Below are positions 35,437-44,670 of a DNA stretch of 64,000 nt, piece after piece; positions within the stretch are counted from its first letter, which is position 1, and every line of letters begins with the position of its first letter. The stretch is from Planctomycetota bacterium. Its GTDB lineage: Bacteria; Planctomycetota; UBA8742; UBA2392. The translations under genes and the position numbers were made by a program. The stretch is from NCBI GenBank assembly GCA_025993795.1, contig JAMQHL010000033.1, positions 3,078 to 67,077 on the forward strand. Reading direction: 5' to 3'. The notes below the pieces were generated by a model that saw nothing but the letters and a program-made list of their open reading frames with translations, did not search any database and was not told the DNA's origin.

Positions 35437-35679
35437 CTACCCGTAAATGTACTGCATGGTTTCGGGCAGTCTTTTCACGGCCCAGCCGTTCCAGACAGCC
35501 CTGCACGCGCATTGGTAGTACGTGAAGGTGTCGTCGCCGGGGCAGGGCTGCACAAGGTCCATGTTGCCGGTCGCACGCGCGATGCGCATAACGCCGGTCA
35601 CGCCATCTGCGGGACTGAACGAGTACTGAACGAATTGCTCGTCCTCGCTGGATTTCCAGATGTAGATATAGACTGCCAT
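35437..35679 (-). CDS. Small cytoplasmic protein (80 aa), hypothetical, translationally coupled to the upstream decarboxylase gene
   Basis: MAVYIYIWKSSEDEQFVQYSFSPADGVTGVMRIARATGNMDLVQPCPGDDTFTYYQCACRAVWNGWAVKRLPETMQYIYG. Its ATG shares one nucleotide with the upstream TGA stop (CTGATGG). Third codon positions are strongly G/C-biased (hand check). Confidence 0.6.
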   Translation of the reverse strand: MAVYIYIWKSSEDEQFVQYSFSPADGVTGVMRIARATGNMDLVQPCPGDDTFTYYQCACRAVWNGWAVKRLPETMQYIYG

Positions 35680-36608
35680 CAGTGCTTCCTGAACCACTCG
35701 ATGGTGCGGCGCAGTCCTTCGTCCAGGCCGATTCGCGGCTCGAACGCCAGCTCTTTTCTTGCGCGCGCGATGTCGGGACAGCGGCGCGCTGGGTCGTCCT
35801 GCTGCGCAGGCTTCAAGACGGGTTGCGAAGAAACGCCGGCAAGGGCTGCAATGCGAGCAGCCAGCTCGCGCACCGTGACTTCGTGGGGATTGCCAAGGTT
35901 GAAGGGCTCGTGGCGCAACGACCCCGCGTACTCCATCAGGGTGCGCAGGCCAGCCACCATGTCGTCGACGTAGCAGAAGCTGCGGCTCTGGCTGCCATCG
36001 CCATACAGTTCCGGTGGGATGCTGCTCAGCGCCTTGAGGATGAAGTTGCTGACGACACGGCCATCATCGGCTTGCATGCGCGGGCCGTATGTGTTGAAGA
36101 TACGGGCGATGCGGATGTCCACTTTGTGTTCGCGGTGGTACTCCATCATCAGGGTCTCGGCGATGCGTTTGCCCTCGTCATAGCAGGCGCGGGGGCCGAG
36201 CTGGTTGACGTTGCCAAGGTAGCTCTCGGGCTGTGGGTGCACTTTGGGGTCGCCGTATACTTCGCTGGTGCCGGCCAGCAGAATGCGGGCGCCAGTGCGC
36301 CGCGCCAGGCCCAGCATGTTCATGGTACCGAGCACGTTGGTTTTCACCGTACGCACGGGGTTGCTGCGGTACGCAACGGGGCTTGCCGGGCATGCGAGGT
36401 GGTAGACGCGGTCCGCCTCGGTGACATAGGGCAGGATCAGGTCGTGCTGGACAAACTCAAATTGCGGGTTGCCGATCAGCGGTGCAAGGTTTTCGATACG
36501 CCCCGTGCTGAGATTGTCCAGGCAGACGACGTAGTGACGCTCTTGAAGCAGCGCCGCGCACAGGTGGCTGCCGATGAATCCCGCGCCGCCAGTTACCAGG
36601 ATTCTCAT
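35679..36608 (-). CDS. uxs: UDP-glucuronate decarboxylase (UDP-xylose synthase) / NAD-dependent sugar epimerase-dehydratase
   Basis: Trimmed to ATG 36608 (MRILVTGGAGFIGSHLC), 309 aa. Extended SDR pattern with CYDEGKR, typical of the UXS/ArnA decarboxylase subgroup. Confidence 0.8.
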   Translation of the reverse strand: MRILVTGGAGFIGSHLCAALLQERHYVVCLDNLSTGRIENLAPLIGNPQFEFVQHDLILPYVTEADRVYHLACPASPVAYRSNPVRTVKTNVLGTMNMLGLARRTGARILLAGTSEVYGDPKVHPQPESYLGNVNQLGPRACYDEGKRIAETLMMEYHREHKVDIRIARIFNTYGPRMQADDGRVVSNFILKALSSIPPELYGDGSQSRSFCYVDDMVAGLRTLMEYAGSLRHEPFNLGNPHEVTVRELAARIAALAGVSSQPVLKPAQQDDPARRCPDIARARKELAFEPRIGLDEGLRRTIEWFRKH

Positions 36609-36609
36609 C

Positions 36610-37368
36610 TCAGTCCGCAAGGGCGCCGTCAGCAACCGCGTCGACCAGCAGTGCCGTGCCCAGGGCATTCGTCACGCCGCCTACAATGCGCAGTGTGATG
36701 CCCAGCGCGCGCTCAAGGTCCTGCAACCACGACTGGTCGAGGAACAGCACGTCGCCGGGGTGCAGGGGCAAGTCAGGCGAGCCGCCGCGCACGGCCTCCG
36801 CCAGGTCGTAGCGGTACACCTGCCGGCCCTTGATCGACTTGATGTTTCGCACGATGTAAAGGTAGGGGGCTACGTCGATATCCGGCTCACCGGCGCCGCC
36901 GGCAAGTGCCACGGCTTCGATTACGCCCATGCCCTTGCGGTACGGAATGGTGCCGCCGGTGTTTTTCTGGGCGCCCAAAGCGTATGAGCTGCTGCCGCCG
37001 AAGTTGCCGAGAAATACGATCGGGTCGGGTCCGCCGGCGCGCTCCAGATAGACAGTCATGGTGGGCGACGCGTACCACGGCTCGAGCTTTTCCTTGATCA
37101 GATCGCGCGTCTCGACCAGCGTCAGGCCCATCAGGTCAATGTGCCCGGCCCAGCGAAACGTTGCGCTGCCATCGGGCAGCACAGTCGCGGCGAAGTTGTA
37201 ATCCTTATCTTCGGCAATTTCGACGCGCACGATGTCGCCCGGGTTGATCCGATACACGTAGTTGTCGGGCGGCAGTTCCTGCAGCGTGGTCACGTCAATC
37301 GCATTCTCGGGGCCGGCACAGCCCCAAAGTGCAAACACTGCGCATGCGATGAACCCAAGTCCCTTCAT
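36610..37368 (-). CDS. Polysaccharide export outer-membrane lipoprotein (Wza-like: Poly_export plus SLBB domain)
   Basis: 252 aa. Lipobox FALWGC. YRINPGDIVRVEI and later PLHPGDVLFL motifs typical of Wza/GumB-type exporters. ATGA overlap with the upstream PCP gene. Confidence 0.8.
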   Translation of the reverse strand: MKGLGFIACAVFALWGCAGPENAIDVTTLQELPPDNYVYRINPGDIVRVEIAEDKDYNFAATVLPDGSATFRWAGHIDLMGLTLVETRDLIKEKLEPWYASPTMTVYLERAGGPDPIVFLGNFGGSSSYALGAQKNTGGTIPYRKGMGVIEAVALAGGAGEPDIDVAPYLYIVRNIKSIKGRQVYRYDLAEAVRGGSPDLPLHPGDVLFLDQSWLQDLERALGITLRIVGGVTNALGTALLVDAVADGALAD

Positions 37369-39443
37369 GCCGTCACCCGTCTCAATTGCCGGCGCCGCAG
37401 CAACCCGATTGCAACGCCGATGCCGACGACCAGGCCAAGGACGATGCCGACGGCAATGCCGACCAGCACATCCTTCTGTACCTTGGTGGACTTGCTTGCC
37501 GGCGAAACGAGTGCCAGCTCACGGTCCGCCGAGCCCTTGATGGCGCCAATCTCTTCAATCACGACGTCGTTCCGCGACTGCTGTGCGAGCAGGTCAGCTT
37601 CTTCCCGGCGCATGCTTTCGCTTTGCAGATAGCCGTCGCGCAGGCCCGCCAGTTCGCTCTCAAGGCGCGGGATCAGTTCTTCAAGGCGCGCGACCGTATC
37701 CTCGTTCAATGTGACGTTGTAGCGCGCCTTCACTACCCGGTCTTCGGCAATGGCGCGGTCGCGGTTCAGGGGCAACTCCTGCCCGGGCGAGCGCTGCGCG
37801 GCCTCAAGCTCTTTGATCTCGGCGCGCAACAGCGCGATGTCATCCTCAAGCTGCGTGATGCGTTTGCGGGCAGGGTGCTCTGGTCCGTAAGTCTCGGCCT
37901 TGCGGTTCAACTCGCGCAGCTCACGCTCAATCTCGGTCAGGTTTCTTACGCGCTCGCCGATGCGGGCGTCGGCCGCCGGCTGCTCGTACTCGGGGATGCG
38001 CTCACTGATCTGGATCTGGGCGTCAAGTTCCTGGCGCGCGGCTTTGAGCGTAATGCGGCTGGTTTGCAGGTCGTTGCGAGAAGTTCCGACCTTGGTCAGC
38101 AGGTGATTGATGCGCTGCTCAAGAGTGGCCCCAAGACCTTCGGCCTCACTGGTCTTGAACTCGTTGAGGCGCGCCTTGCGAATGGTATCAATGCGTTCCT
38201 TCATCTGTCCGCGTCGTGCCTCGTAGTCAGTCAGGTTGGCGATTGCTTCGCGGGTGATGTGCTCGTAGTGAACGACGCGGAACTCGTCAGCGGCCCCACC
38301 GGCGATGGCCTGCGCCCACTCCGGATTATCGTGGGTCGCCTGAAACGAAATCATGAATGTCTGCGCGCCCGTGTCCTCAACCGTCACGTCAAGTGATTGC
38401 GTGATCGCGTCTGCTGATATCGAATACTTCTTGAGTTCATTCGCAGCCGGCATTTCTCCCGGCGCCCACCCGCTGTTCTGCAGGCGGCTTGACACACGCT
38501 CGTGAAACGTCCGCAGCTGGACAAGTTGCAGAATTGTCTTCGGCGGCAATGGCGGCACATAGGTCTGCGGACGGTTCGTGATCGGCGCCCTCAGGTTGCT
38601 CTGTGGCGTCTTCTGCAGCAAAGCCGTACTTGCATAGCGGTCAGGCGCGCCAACCATCGTCAGGTAGCCGATCACGCCGAACAGCAGGGCCGACGCCAGC
38701 ACGATGTGCCAGTTCTCAAGGGCCGCGCGGCTGACGACTTCAAACGGGTCCATCGGTCGCGCGCCGTCGGTGGCGGTCTGCGGGGCGGCACTGACTCTTT
38801 CACGCTGCTCTTGCTCAATCAGAATGCGCCCGATCACCGGCGACTCACTGTCTTCGGCGCGCGTCACCGGCACGTTGGCAGCGCTGCGGCTGGCCTCGGG
38901 CACAGCTTCCACGGGGCGGCTCAGGCTTGAGCGCCATGGCTTGCGGTTGAGCAGGTCACCCAACGTAGAGGTCGCCTGCGCTTGCGCAGGGTCAAGCGCA
39001 GCCTCAAGGTTGCGGCTGACAGTTTCGCGTTCAAGGGCAGTAAGCTCGCGGCCCAGGTGCTGCACGAAGGCGCCGACTTCTTCGCTGGTGCGGCCGCCGC
39101 GGTCCCCGCTTTCCATCCGGCGGGCAAGATCTCCGGCACGGCCGAGCAGTGACAGCGCCGCCCCGACCACACCCAGGCGGGCGTACTCATCCCGGTTCAG
39201 GGCGTTCAGGATTGTGCCGCTGGCCCGCGCGGCCCCTGCGGCGTCGCCCTCGCGCAGCAAGCGGCGCACGAGGTCTATGCTTTCAAGCACTTCAAGCGTA
39301 AGGGACTGCCGATGCAACGAAGCCCGCACGTCCGGTTCGGCTTCGCGGGACGCGGAATCAAGTTCCCGCCGGGCCTCGGCAAAGTCGCCGCGCGCTGAGA
39401 AGCGACGGGCCTGCTGTAAGGATTCTCTCAGGTCCTGTTCCAC
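37365..39443 (-). CDS. Polysaccharide co-polymerase (Wzz/GumC-type chain-length determinant) with a ~230-aa cytoplasmic N-terminal extension and no kinase domain
   Basis: 692 aa, GTG start. First TM IVLASALLFGVIGYLTMV followed by YASTALLQ (Wzz motif region). Long coiled-coil periplasmic segment. C-terminal TM VLVGIAVGIVLGLVVGIGVAIGLL. No Walker A/tyrosine-rich tail. Confidence 0.75.
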   Translation of the reverse strand: MEQDLRESLQQARRFSARGDFAEARRELDSASREAEPDVRASLHRQSLTLEVLESIDLVRRLLREGDAAGAARASGTILNALNRDEYARLGVVGAALSLLGRAGDLARRMESGDRGGRTSEEVGAFVQHLGRELTALERETVSRNLEAALDPAQAQATSTLGDLLNRKPWRSSLSRPVEAVPEASRSAANVPVTRAEDSESPVIGRILIEQEQRERVSAAPQTATDGARPMDPFEVVSRAALENWHIVLASALLFGVIGYLTMVGAPDRYASTALLQKTPQSNLRAPITNRPQTYVPPLPPKTILQLVQLRTFHERVSSRLQNSGWAPGEMPAANELKKYSISADAITQSLDVTVEDTGAQTFMISFQATHDNPEWAQAIAGGAADEFRVVHYEHITREAIANLTDYEARRGQMKERIDTIRKARLNEFKTSEAEGLGATLEQRINHLLTKVGTSRNDLQTSRITLKAARQELDAQIQISERIPEYEQPAADARIGERVRNLTEIERELRELNRKAETYGPEHPARKRITQLEDDIALLRAEIKELEAAQRSPGQELPLNRDRAIAEDRVVKARYNVTLNEDTVARLEELIPRLESELAGLRDGYLQSESMRREEADLLAQQSRNDVVIEEIGAIKGSADRELALVSPASKSTKVQKDVLVGIAVGIVLGLVVGIGVAIGLLRRRQLRRVTA

Positions 39444-39533
39444 GCCATATCCACAGTACCACCCGAATCACCGAAAATGTGGCGATTGGGGCAAACTTCG
39501 CTACCTTTTAAAGATTATCGACATTCCTTGCCC

Positions 39534-41075
39534 ATGACTCAAGCCTACATCCTGCCAATGAGGCAGCCCTTTGCCTCTCAATCCGGACCGCGCAACGGCG
39601 GTGCGTTTCGTAAAGGCCTGGCGCTCAGCGGCGCTTTAGCCCTGTTTGGCGGCGCGATTGGCGCCACCGGCGTATCCGGCGACCACGTGCTTGGCGCAGC
39701 GCAGTTCGCAGCCGTTGGTTTCCTGCTCGCTGCGATGTTCACGGCCTTGCAGGACTGGCGCGCCGGACTCGGCCTGTTGGTCATTATCGTGCTGGCGGAG
39801 GATTCGTTACGTAAGGGCTTGCCGGGCACCCCCTATGCAGTCTCGCTGGGAAAAGACCTGCTTGTTGCGGTCTGCTATCTGTCGTACCTGATTCGACCGA
39901 GAGAGCGCCTGGGGGCGCGAGGTTCGTCCCGGCTTGAGCGTGTCGGAATATGGCTGCCGATCGGGATCTGGGCGTTGTTCGTGATTGCCCAGGCATTCAA
40001 CCCGCGGTTGCCGCATATCCTTGTCGGCATCTCAGGGATTCGCACCTGGTTACTGGCTGTACCGCTGATGGGCCTGCTGGCCAACACGTTTCGGGACTCG
40101 GAGAACGCGGAACGGGTGATGCGCTGGATCGCTTACCTTGCGATGCCGCTTTTTGCGGTCGCGTTGATCCAGAACCTTTACTATGACAGCCTGCCGGAGT
40201 TCCTGGCCAACAGCGCGTTTGCGAAGTTTCGCGGCCTCGAGAGCGGAGCCAACGTGCGTTACAACGAGTCGCTGTTTGCTTCGCCTACGCTGTATGCCCT
40301 GGCGTGTGTTTATCAGCTTTGCCTGGTTGTAGGCCTGTTGAGGATCCAGCGACCGAACCGTCAAACGGTCCTGCTGTGGATTTCGGGCTATTGCACGGTA
40401 ATGGGCGCGCACCTGTCGGGCGTCCGAACCGGCCTGTTGTTCGCCGGCTTGGCTGTGCTGGCGATGTTGCCGCTGCTGCTGTATCCCACAGAAGCACGAA
40501 CAGACGGCGTAGCCCGGAAGCGCCCGGGGTTGATACTGGGTGGCTTGATCGGGCTGGTACTGGGCGGCTTCCTTGTCGGCGCAATGAAGGAAACGAGGGC
40601 CGAAGCATTTTGGACCAGCCTTGAGATCAACATCATCGGGCAGCGCATGGAAGAGTCCGTGGAGGGCGCAGGCTCGGTTCAGGCGCCTGCGCTGGGCAAC
40701 GGAACAGGCTCTGCGGGCAAGAGCGGTCAGATAATGACGCTGTTGGGGCGCGACGCCATGGGCTTTGAAAACGCTGAATGGGGCAACCTGCTGGTTCGCT
40801 ACAGTTTTGGGCCCGTGGGGTTCTGGCTTGGCGCCTTGCTGCTTGGCTGGATGATGCTGGGGCTGCTGGGAATTGCCTGGCGCGACCGGCGCGGGCGCTT
40901 CGGCCCGTTGCGCTTCGCTTTGTGGATCTACGTTGGCGCGCAGATGGCGTGGTTCCTGTTCAAGGCCTACCCGGTCCTGGAAAACGGCACGATGGTGATG
41001 ATGTTCTGGACGAGTGTCGGGTTGATCATGGGCCTGGCCAGGCTGGATGAGCGCGAACTGAGTGTACAGGCGTGA
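39534..41075 (+). CDS. O-antigen ligase/polymerase-like (Wzy family) polytopic membrane protein
   Basis: About 12 hydrophobic helices with a large loop typical of Wzy/WaaL. The track start at 39477 is only 34 bp from the divergent PCP start, so ATG 39534 or 39558 is preferred. The start remains uncertain. Confidence 0.65.
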   Translation: MTQAYILPMRQPFASQSGPRNGGAFRKGLALSGALALFGGAIGATGVSGDHVLGAAQFAAVGFLLAAMFTALQDWRAGLGLLVIIVLAEDSLRKGLPGTPYAVSLGKDLLVAVCYLSYLIRPRERLGARGSSRLERVGIWLPIGIWALFVIAQAFNPRLPHILVGISGIRTWLLAVPLMGLLANTFRDSENAERVMRWIAYLAMPLFAVALIQNLYYDSLPEFLANSAFAKFRGLESGANVRYNESLFASPTLYALACVYQLCLVVGLLRIQRPNRQTVLLWISGYCTVMGAHLSGVRTGLLFAGLAVLAMLPLLLYPTEARTDGVARKRPGLILGGLIGLVLGGFLVGAMKETRAEAFWTSLEINIIGQRMEESVEGAGSVQAPALGNGTGSAGKSGQIMTLLGRDAMGFENAEWGNLLVRYSFGPVGFWLGALLLGWMMLGLLGIAWRDRRGRFGPLRFALWIYVGAQMAWFLFKAYPVLENGTMVMMFWTSVGLIMGLARLDERELSVQA

Positions 41076-42151
41076 TTGTCCTGCATGTGATACCGGGCCT
41101 GAGCGCCGCACAGGGCGGACTGCAGGGTGCGCTGCTGAATCTGTGCCGGGCACAGCAGGCATCCGGCATTACCCCCGTGATTGCCGCGCTGCATGAGGAC
41201 TCGCCGCCTGACGCAGCGTTCAGCGCATTCGAAACTCACCTGTTTGATTGCACCTTCCGCCCCACCGGCGCCAGCCGCGACATGAAGGATTGGCTGCGGC
41301 TGCACGCGGACAAGTACCAGGCGGTGATCGCCCACTCACTGTGGCGCGACCCACTTCTATATGCCGCCGAAGCCGCAAGTCCGCTGATTGTGGTAGCCCA
41401 CGGCATGCTGGACCCCGAGGCGCTGGGGCACCGGGCGTGGCGAAAACTCTGGCGGCTACGGATGAAACTTCCCGACGTGCTGAGGCGGGCGACAGTGGTC
41501 TACACATGCGCCGCCGAACAACAGCGTTCCCATACCGGGCCGGGGGGGTCGGCAAAGACATCGGCGGTGATTCCCCTGTGCGTTGACGTCCCGGCGGCGC
41601 CGCCTGACCAGTCACCGGACGGGCCAATCATGGTGCTTGGGCGCATTCACCCGCGCAAGGGAACGCTGGAGTGGGTGCGCGCACTCTGCCTGATGGCGCA
41701 GCAGGGGACAGGCTTCACGGCAATGCACGCCGGCCCTGCGGAAGACAGAGCGTACGCCCGAAGCGTGTACGCCGCCGCCGAGCCGTTGCAGGGCAAGCTG
41801 ATCTTCAAGGGCGCCCTGCCATACAGCCAGGCGCAGGCGCTGCTGGCCCGCGCACGCATCGTCGTGGCGCCCTGTGCCGTCCGCGAGAATTTCGGCATGG
41901 TGATCGCTGAGGCCATGGCGAACGCGCGTCCGGTCGTTGCGGGCCGTCGCGGACTGATCGTGCCCGAGCTTGAGGCCGCCGGCGCAGTCACTGGCGCCGA
42001 TCACGAACCACAGGCGTATGCGGCAGCAATGCGCGCGGTGTTCGCACACCCCGAACGGACGGCCATGCGGGGCCACAATTTTGCAAGCCGGCACTATGCA
42101 CTGCCTGTGGTCGGGGCAAGTTGGCGTGGGCTTCTTGGAACCGTGGGGTAG
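41072..42151 (+). CDS. Glycosyltransferase, GT4 (GT-B fold) family
   Basis: 359 aa. N-terminus MIVLHVIPGLSAAQGG and C-terminal E..G....EAMA..PVV pattern (ENFGMVIAEAMANARPVV). GTGA overlap with the upstream gene. Confidence 0.8.
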   Translation: MIVLHVIPGLSAAQGGLQGALLNLCRAQQASGITPVIAALHEDSPPDAAFSAFETHLFDCTFRPTGASRDMKDWLRLHADKYQAVIAHSLWRDPLLYAAEAASPLIVVAHGMLDPEALGHRAWRKLWRLRMKLPDVLRRATVVYTCAAEQQRSHTGPGGSAKTSAVIPLCVDVPAAPPDQSPDGPIMVLGRIHPRKGTLEWVRALCLMAQQGTGFTAMHAGPAEDRAYARSVYAAAEPLQGKLIFKGALPYSQAQALLARARIVVAPCAVRENFGMVIAEAMANARPVVAGRRGLIVPELEAAGAVTGADHEPQAYAAAMRAVFAHPERTAMRGHNFASRHYALPVVGASWRGLLGTVG

Positions 42152-42157
42152 CGGTGC

Positions 42158-43576
42158 ATGCTGTTCACTTCTCCGGTTTTTCTGGTCTTCATTCTGGTTG
42201 TACTTGGAGTCGCACGAGCACCGCTGCCGTGGTCCGGCAAGAAAGCCTTCCTGCTGCTGGCGAGCTACTACTTCTATGCCAGCTGGAATCCGCCATTCGT
42301 GATCCTGCTGGCCGCAAGCACGGTCGTGGACTTCTTTGCCGCGATCCTGATGGGCAAAGCAAAGTCCACGAGTCTGCGGCGCTTTCTACTGACAGTCAGC
42401 CTGTGTACGAACCTTGGCCTGCTGGGTGTGTTCAAGTACGCGGTTTTCTTTTCGGAGAGCGTCGAGTGGGTGGCTCATCAGTTCGGCTGGGACTATGCGG
42501 CGCCAGGATGGTCGATCATCCTGCCGGTCGGAATCAGTTTCTACACGTTTCAGACGCTCAGCTACACGATTGACGTCTATCGAGGCAAACTGGCCCCCAC
42601 GCGCAATTTTGTGGACTTCGCGCTGTATGTGAGCTTCTTTCCGCAGCTGGTTGCAGGGCCCATCGTTCGCGCCAGCGAATTCCTGCCGCAATTGCACGAT
42701 CCGAAGCGTCCACACCCGCGCGTGCTCGCCTGGGGCGTGCTTTTGTTTATAGTCGGGCTGTTCAAGAAAGTATTCCTGGCGGACCACATATTTGCGGTCG
42801 TTAGCGTCCGTGCTTTCGCACCCGGTGCAGATCTCACCGCGCTTGAAGCCTGGGTGGGCACTTACGCGTTCGCAGGCCAGATTTTCTGCGACTTCAGTGG
42901 CTACACAGACATGGCGATAGCAGTTGCGCTGATGCTGGGATTCAAGCTGCCTCGGAACTTTGCCGGCCCGTACGGAGCACTTGGGTTTTCCGACTTCTGG
43001 CGCCGCTGGCACATCTCGCTGTCGAGCTGGCTGCGCGACTATCTGTACATCCCACTGGGTGGCAATCGCAAAGGGCTGGCGCGTACGCAGTTCAACCTGG
43101 CGGCTACAATGCTGCTTGGCGGACTCTGGCACGGCGCCAACTGGACCTTTGTGATATGGGGCGGCCTGCACGGGATCTATCTGATGGCAGAGCGGCTTGT
43201 GCGCAGAGCCCTGGGAGATCATTGGCGACCCTCGCGGCCCACCCGGGTAATACTGATACTGCTGACCTTTCACCTGGTCTGCTTTGCCTGGGTGTTCTTT
43301 CGCGCCGAGGACCTCACTCATGCCATTCAAGTAATCCAGGCCATGTTTGGGTTCGGCACTGGTGCGGGCGCGGTGCTTGGGCGCTGGCAGGGGGGGCTCG
43401 CATGCATCGCCATCGGGTTGCTGGTGTTGTGCCACGGGATGTCCCGAGGAAAGCGCCTGGAAGACTGGGTCAAATGGTCTGGTTGGAAAGCGGCGGCCAT
43501 CGTTGCCGCGATTCTGCTGTTTCTAGTTCTGACGTCAGGAGGAAACGGTGAAGCCTTCATCTACTTCCAGTTCTGA
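42158..43576 (+). CDS. MBOAT family membrane-bound O-acyltransferase (AlgI/DltB-like)
   Basis: 472 aa. N-terminus MLFTSPVFLVFIL. Conserved region FWRRWHISLSSWLRDYLYIPLGGNR with the catalytic His context. Confidence 0.85.
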   Translation: MLFTSPVFLVFILVVLGVARAPLPWSGKKAFLLLASYYFYASWNPPFVILLAASTVVDFFAAILMGKAKSTSLRRFLLTVSLCTNLGLLGVFKYAVFFSESVEWVAHQFGWDYAAPGWSIILPVGISFYTFQTLSYTIDVYRGKLAPTRNFVDFALYVSFFPQLVAGPIVRASEFLPQLHDPKRPHPRVLAWGVLLFIVGLFKKVFLADHIFAVVSVRAFAPGADLTALEAWVGTYAFAGQIFCDFSGYTDMAIAVALMLGFKLPRNFAGPYGALGFSDFWRRWHISLSSWLRDYLYIPLGGNRKGLARTQFNLAATMLLGGLWHGANWTFVIWGGLHGIYLMAERLVRRALGDHWRPSRPTRVILILLTFHLVCFAWVFFRAEDLTHAIQVIQAMFGFGTGAGAVLGRWQGGLACIAIGLLVLCHGMSRGKRLEDWVKWSGWKAAAIVAAILLFLVLTSGGNGEAFIYFQF

Positions 43577-44609
43577 GGACGATGAATATGGCGTAAGCCC
43601 GTGGGCGATCGTCATGGTCGTCGGGATCGGGCTGGCGCTGACGACAGCGTGGGAGGGGCTCCTGGCCTTGCTACGGGCGCCAACTTCCGACCCATCCCAC
43701 AAGGAGATGCGTGCTCTTGAGCGCGCGGAACAGCCGGCGGCGCCTGGCAAGAGGCGCGTACTGTTCCTGGGCAGTTCGCGGGTGTATTGCGGGGTAGTAC
43801 CGGCCGTGTTGGAGCAGGAATCGCGCCACGGGATGGAAGCCCGACTTGTCGCTCTCAGTGCGGGTTCGAGTGTCGAGATTCTGGAGGGTATTGATGACCG
43901 CATTCACGACGGCGACATCGTTGTTCTTGAGGTGTTGCCAGTCAGCTTCTATGGCGGCCTTGCGACGCCGTCGTCGGAACAACTGCGTGCCCTCAGCGCG
44001 ATGGTTCGCGAACATCGGGTGTTTGAGGACTGGTGCTCCGATCGCTATGCGGGACTTCGCCTTGCAAGGCCGCAGAACGCGCCCGCAAGTCTGTTGCATT
44101 CGCAGGTTCGGGAGATTCTGGGCTTTCCTGAACCGGGCATCGAGTGGAGACCATTCAAACCCGTGTTTCGCGAGAACGGGTGGGTCGTCTTTGAGATGAA
44201 CACGCCTGAGTATGGAAGGCACGAGGCCCACGAACGGGCCACAGCCGAGTCTATGCGCAAGATGCAGCGCGCCGTCGGCCAACGGGCCGAGCGAAGATTC
44301 AGGCAGGTGCTGAGTCATCTGCTGCATCTGGTCCGGCAGATCCGCGCACGAGGCGCAGAGGTGTATGTCGTACGCTTTCCAAGCAGCGGCTGGGTGTTGG
44401 AGTACGAGAAGACAGAGTTTCCCCGCGAGAAGTACTGGGACGTCCTGGCTTCGGAGTTTCCCGAATGCTCGGTGAACGTCCTGGACGTACCGGAACTGAA
44501 GACCCTCTACATGCCCGACGGCTCGCACCTTGAAGAGGGCAACGCCCGCACCTTTACACGATGGCTTGCCGCCTGGCTGGAAGAACGCACATCTCTGCAC
44601 AAGCCCTGA
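43548..44609 (+). CDS. SGNH/AlgJ-like partner protein of the MBOAT acyltransferase (hypothetical)
   Basis: 353 aa. N-terminal TM AIVMVVGIGLALTTAW. Block-I-like VLFLGSSRVY and C-terminal D-x-x-H (MPDGSHL). Overlaps the MBOAT 3' end by 29 nt if the GTG at 43548 is the start; start uncertain. Confidence 0.55.
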   Translation: MKPSSTSSSEDDEYGVSPWAIVMVVGIGLALTTAWEGLLALLRAPTSDPSHKEMRALERAEQPAAPGKRRVLFLGSSRVYCGVVPAVLEQESRHGMEARLVALSAGSSVEILEGIDDRIHDGDIVVLEVLPVSFYGGLATPSSEQLRALSAMVREHRVFEDWCSDRYAGLRLARPQNAPASLLHSQVREILGFPEPGIEWRPFKPVFRENGWVVFEMNTPEYGRHEAHERATAESMRKMQRAVGQRAERRFRQVLSHLLHLVRQIRARGAEVYVVRFPSSGWVLEYEKTEFPREKYWDVLASEFPECSVNVLDVPELKTLYMPDGSHLEEGNARTFTRWLAAWLEERTSLHKP

Positions 44610-44670
44610 ACACACTGTCTCTTGCATTGGGACGCGGTATCATCAAACTGCGGCCCGACGCGGGGAAAGC

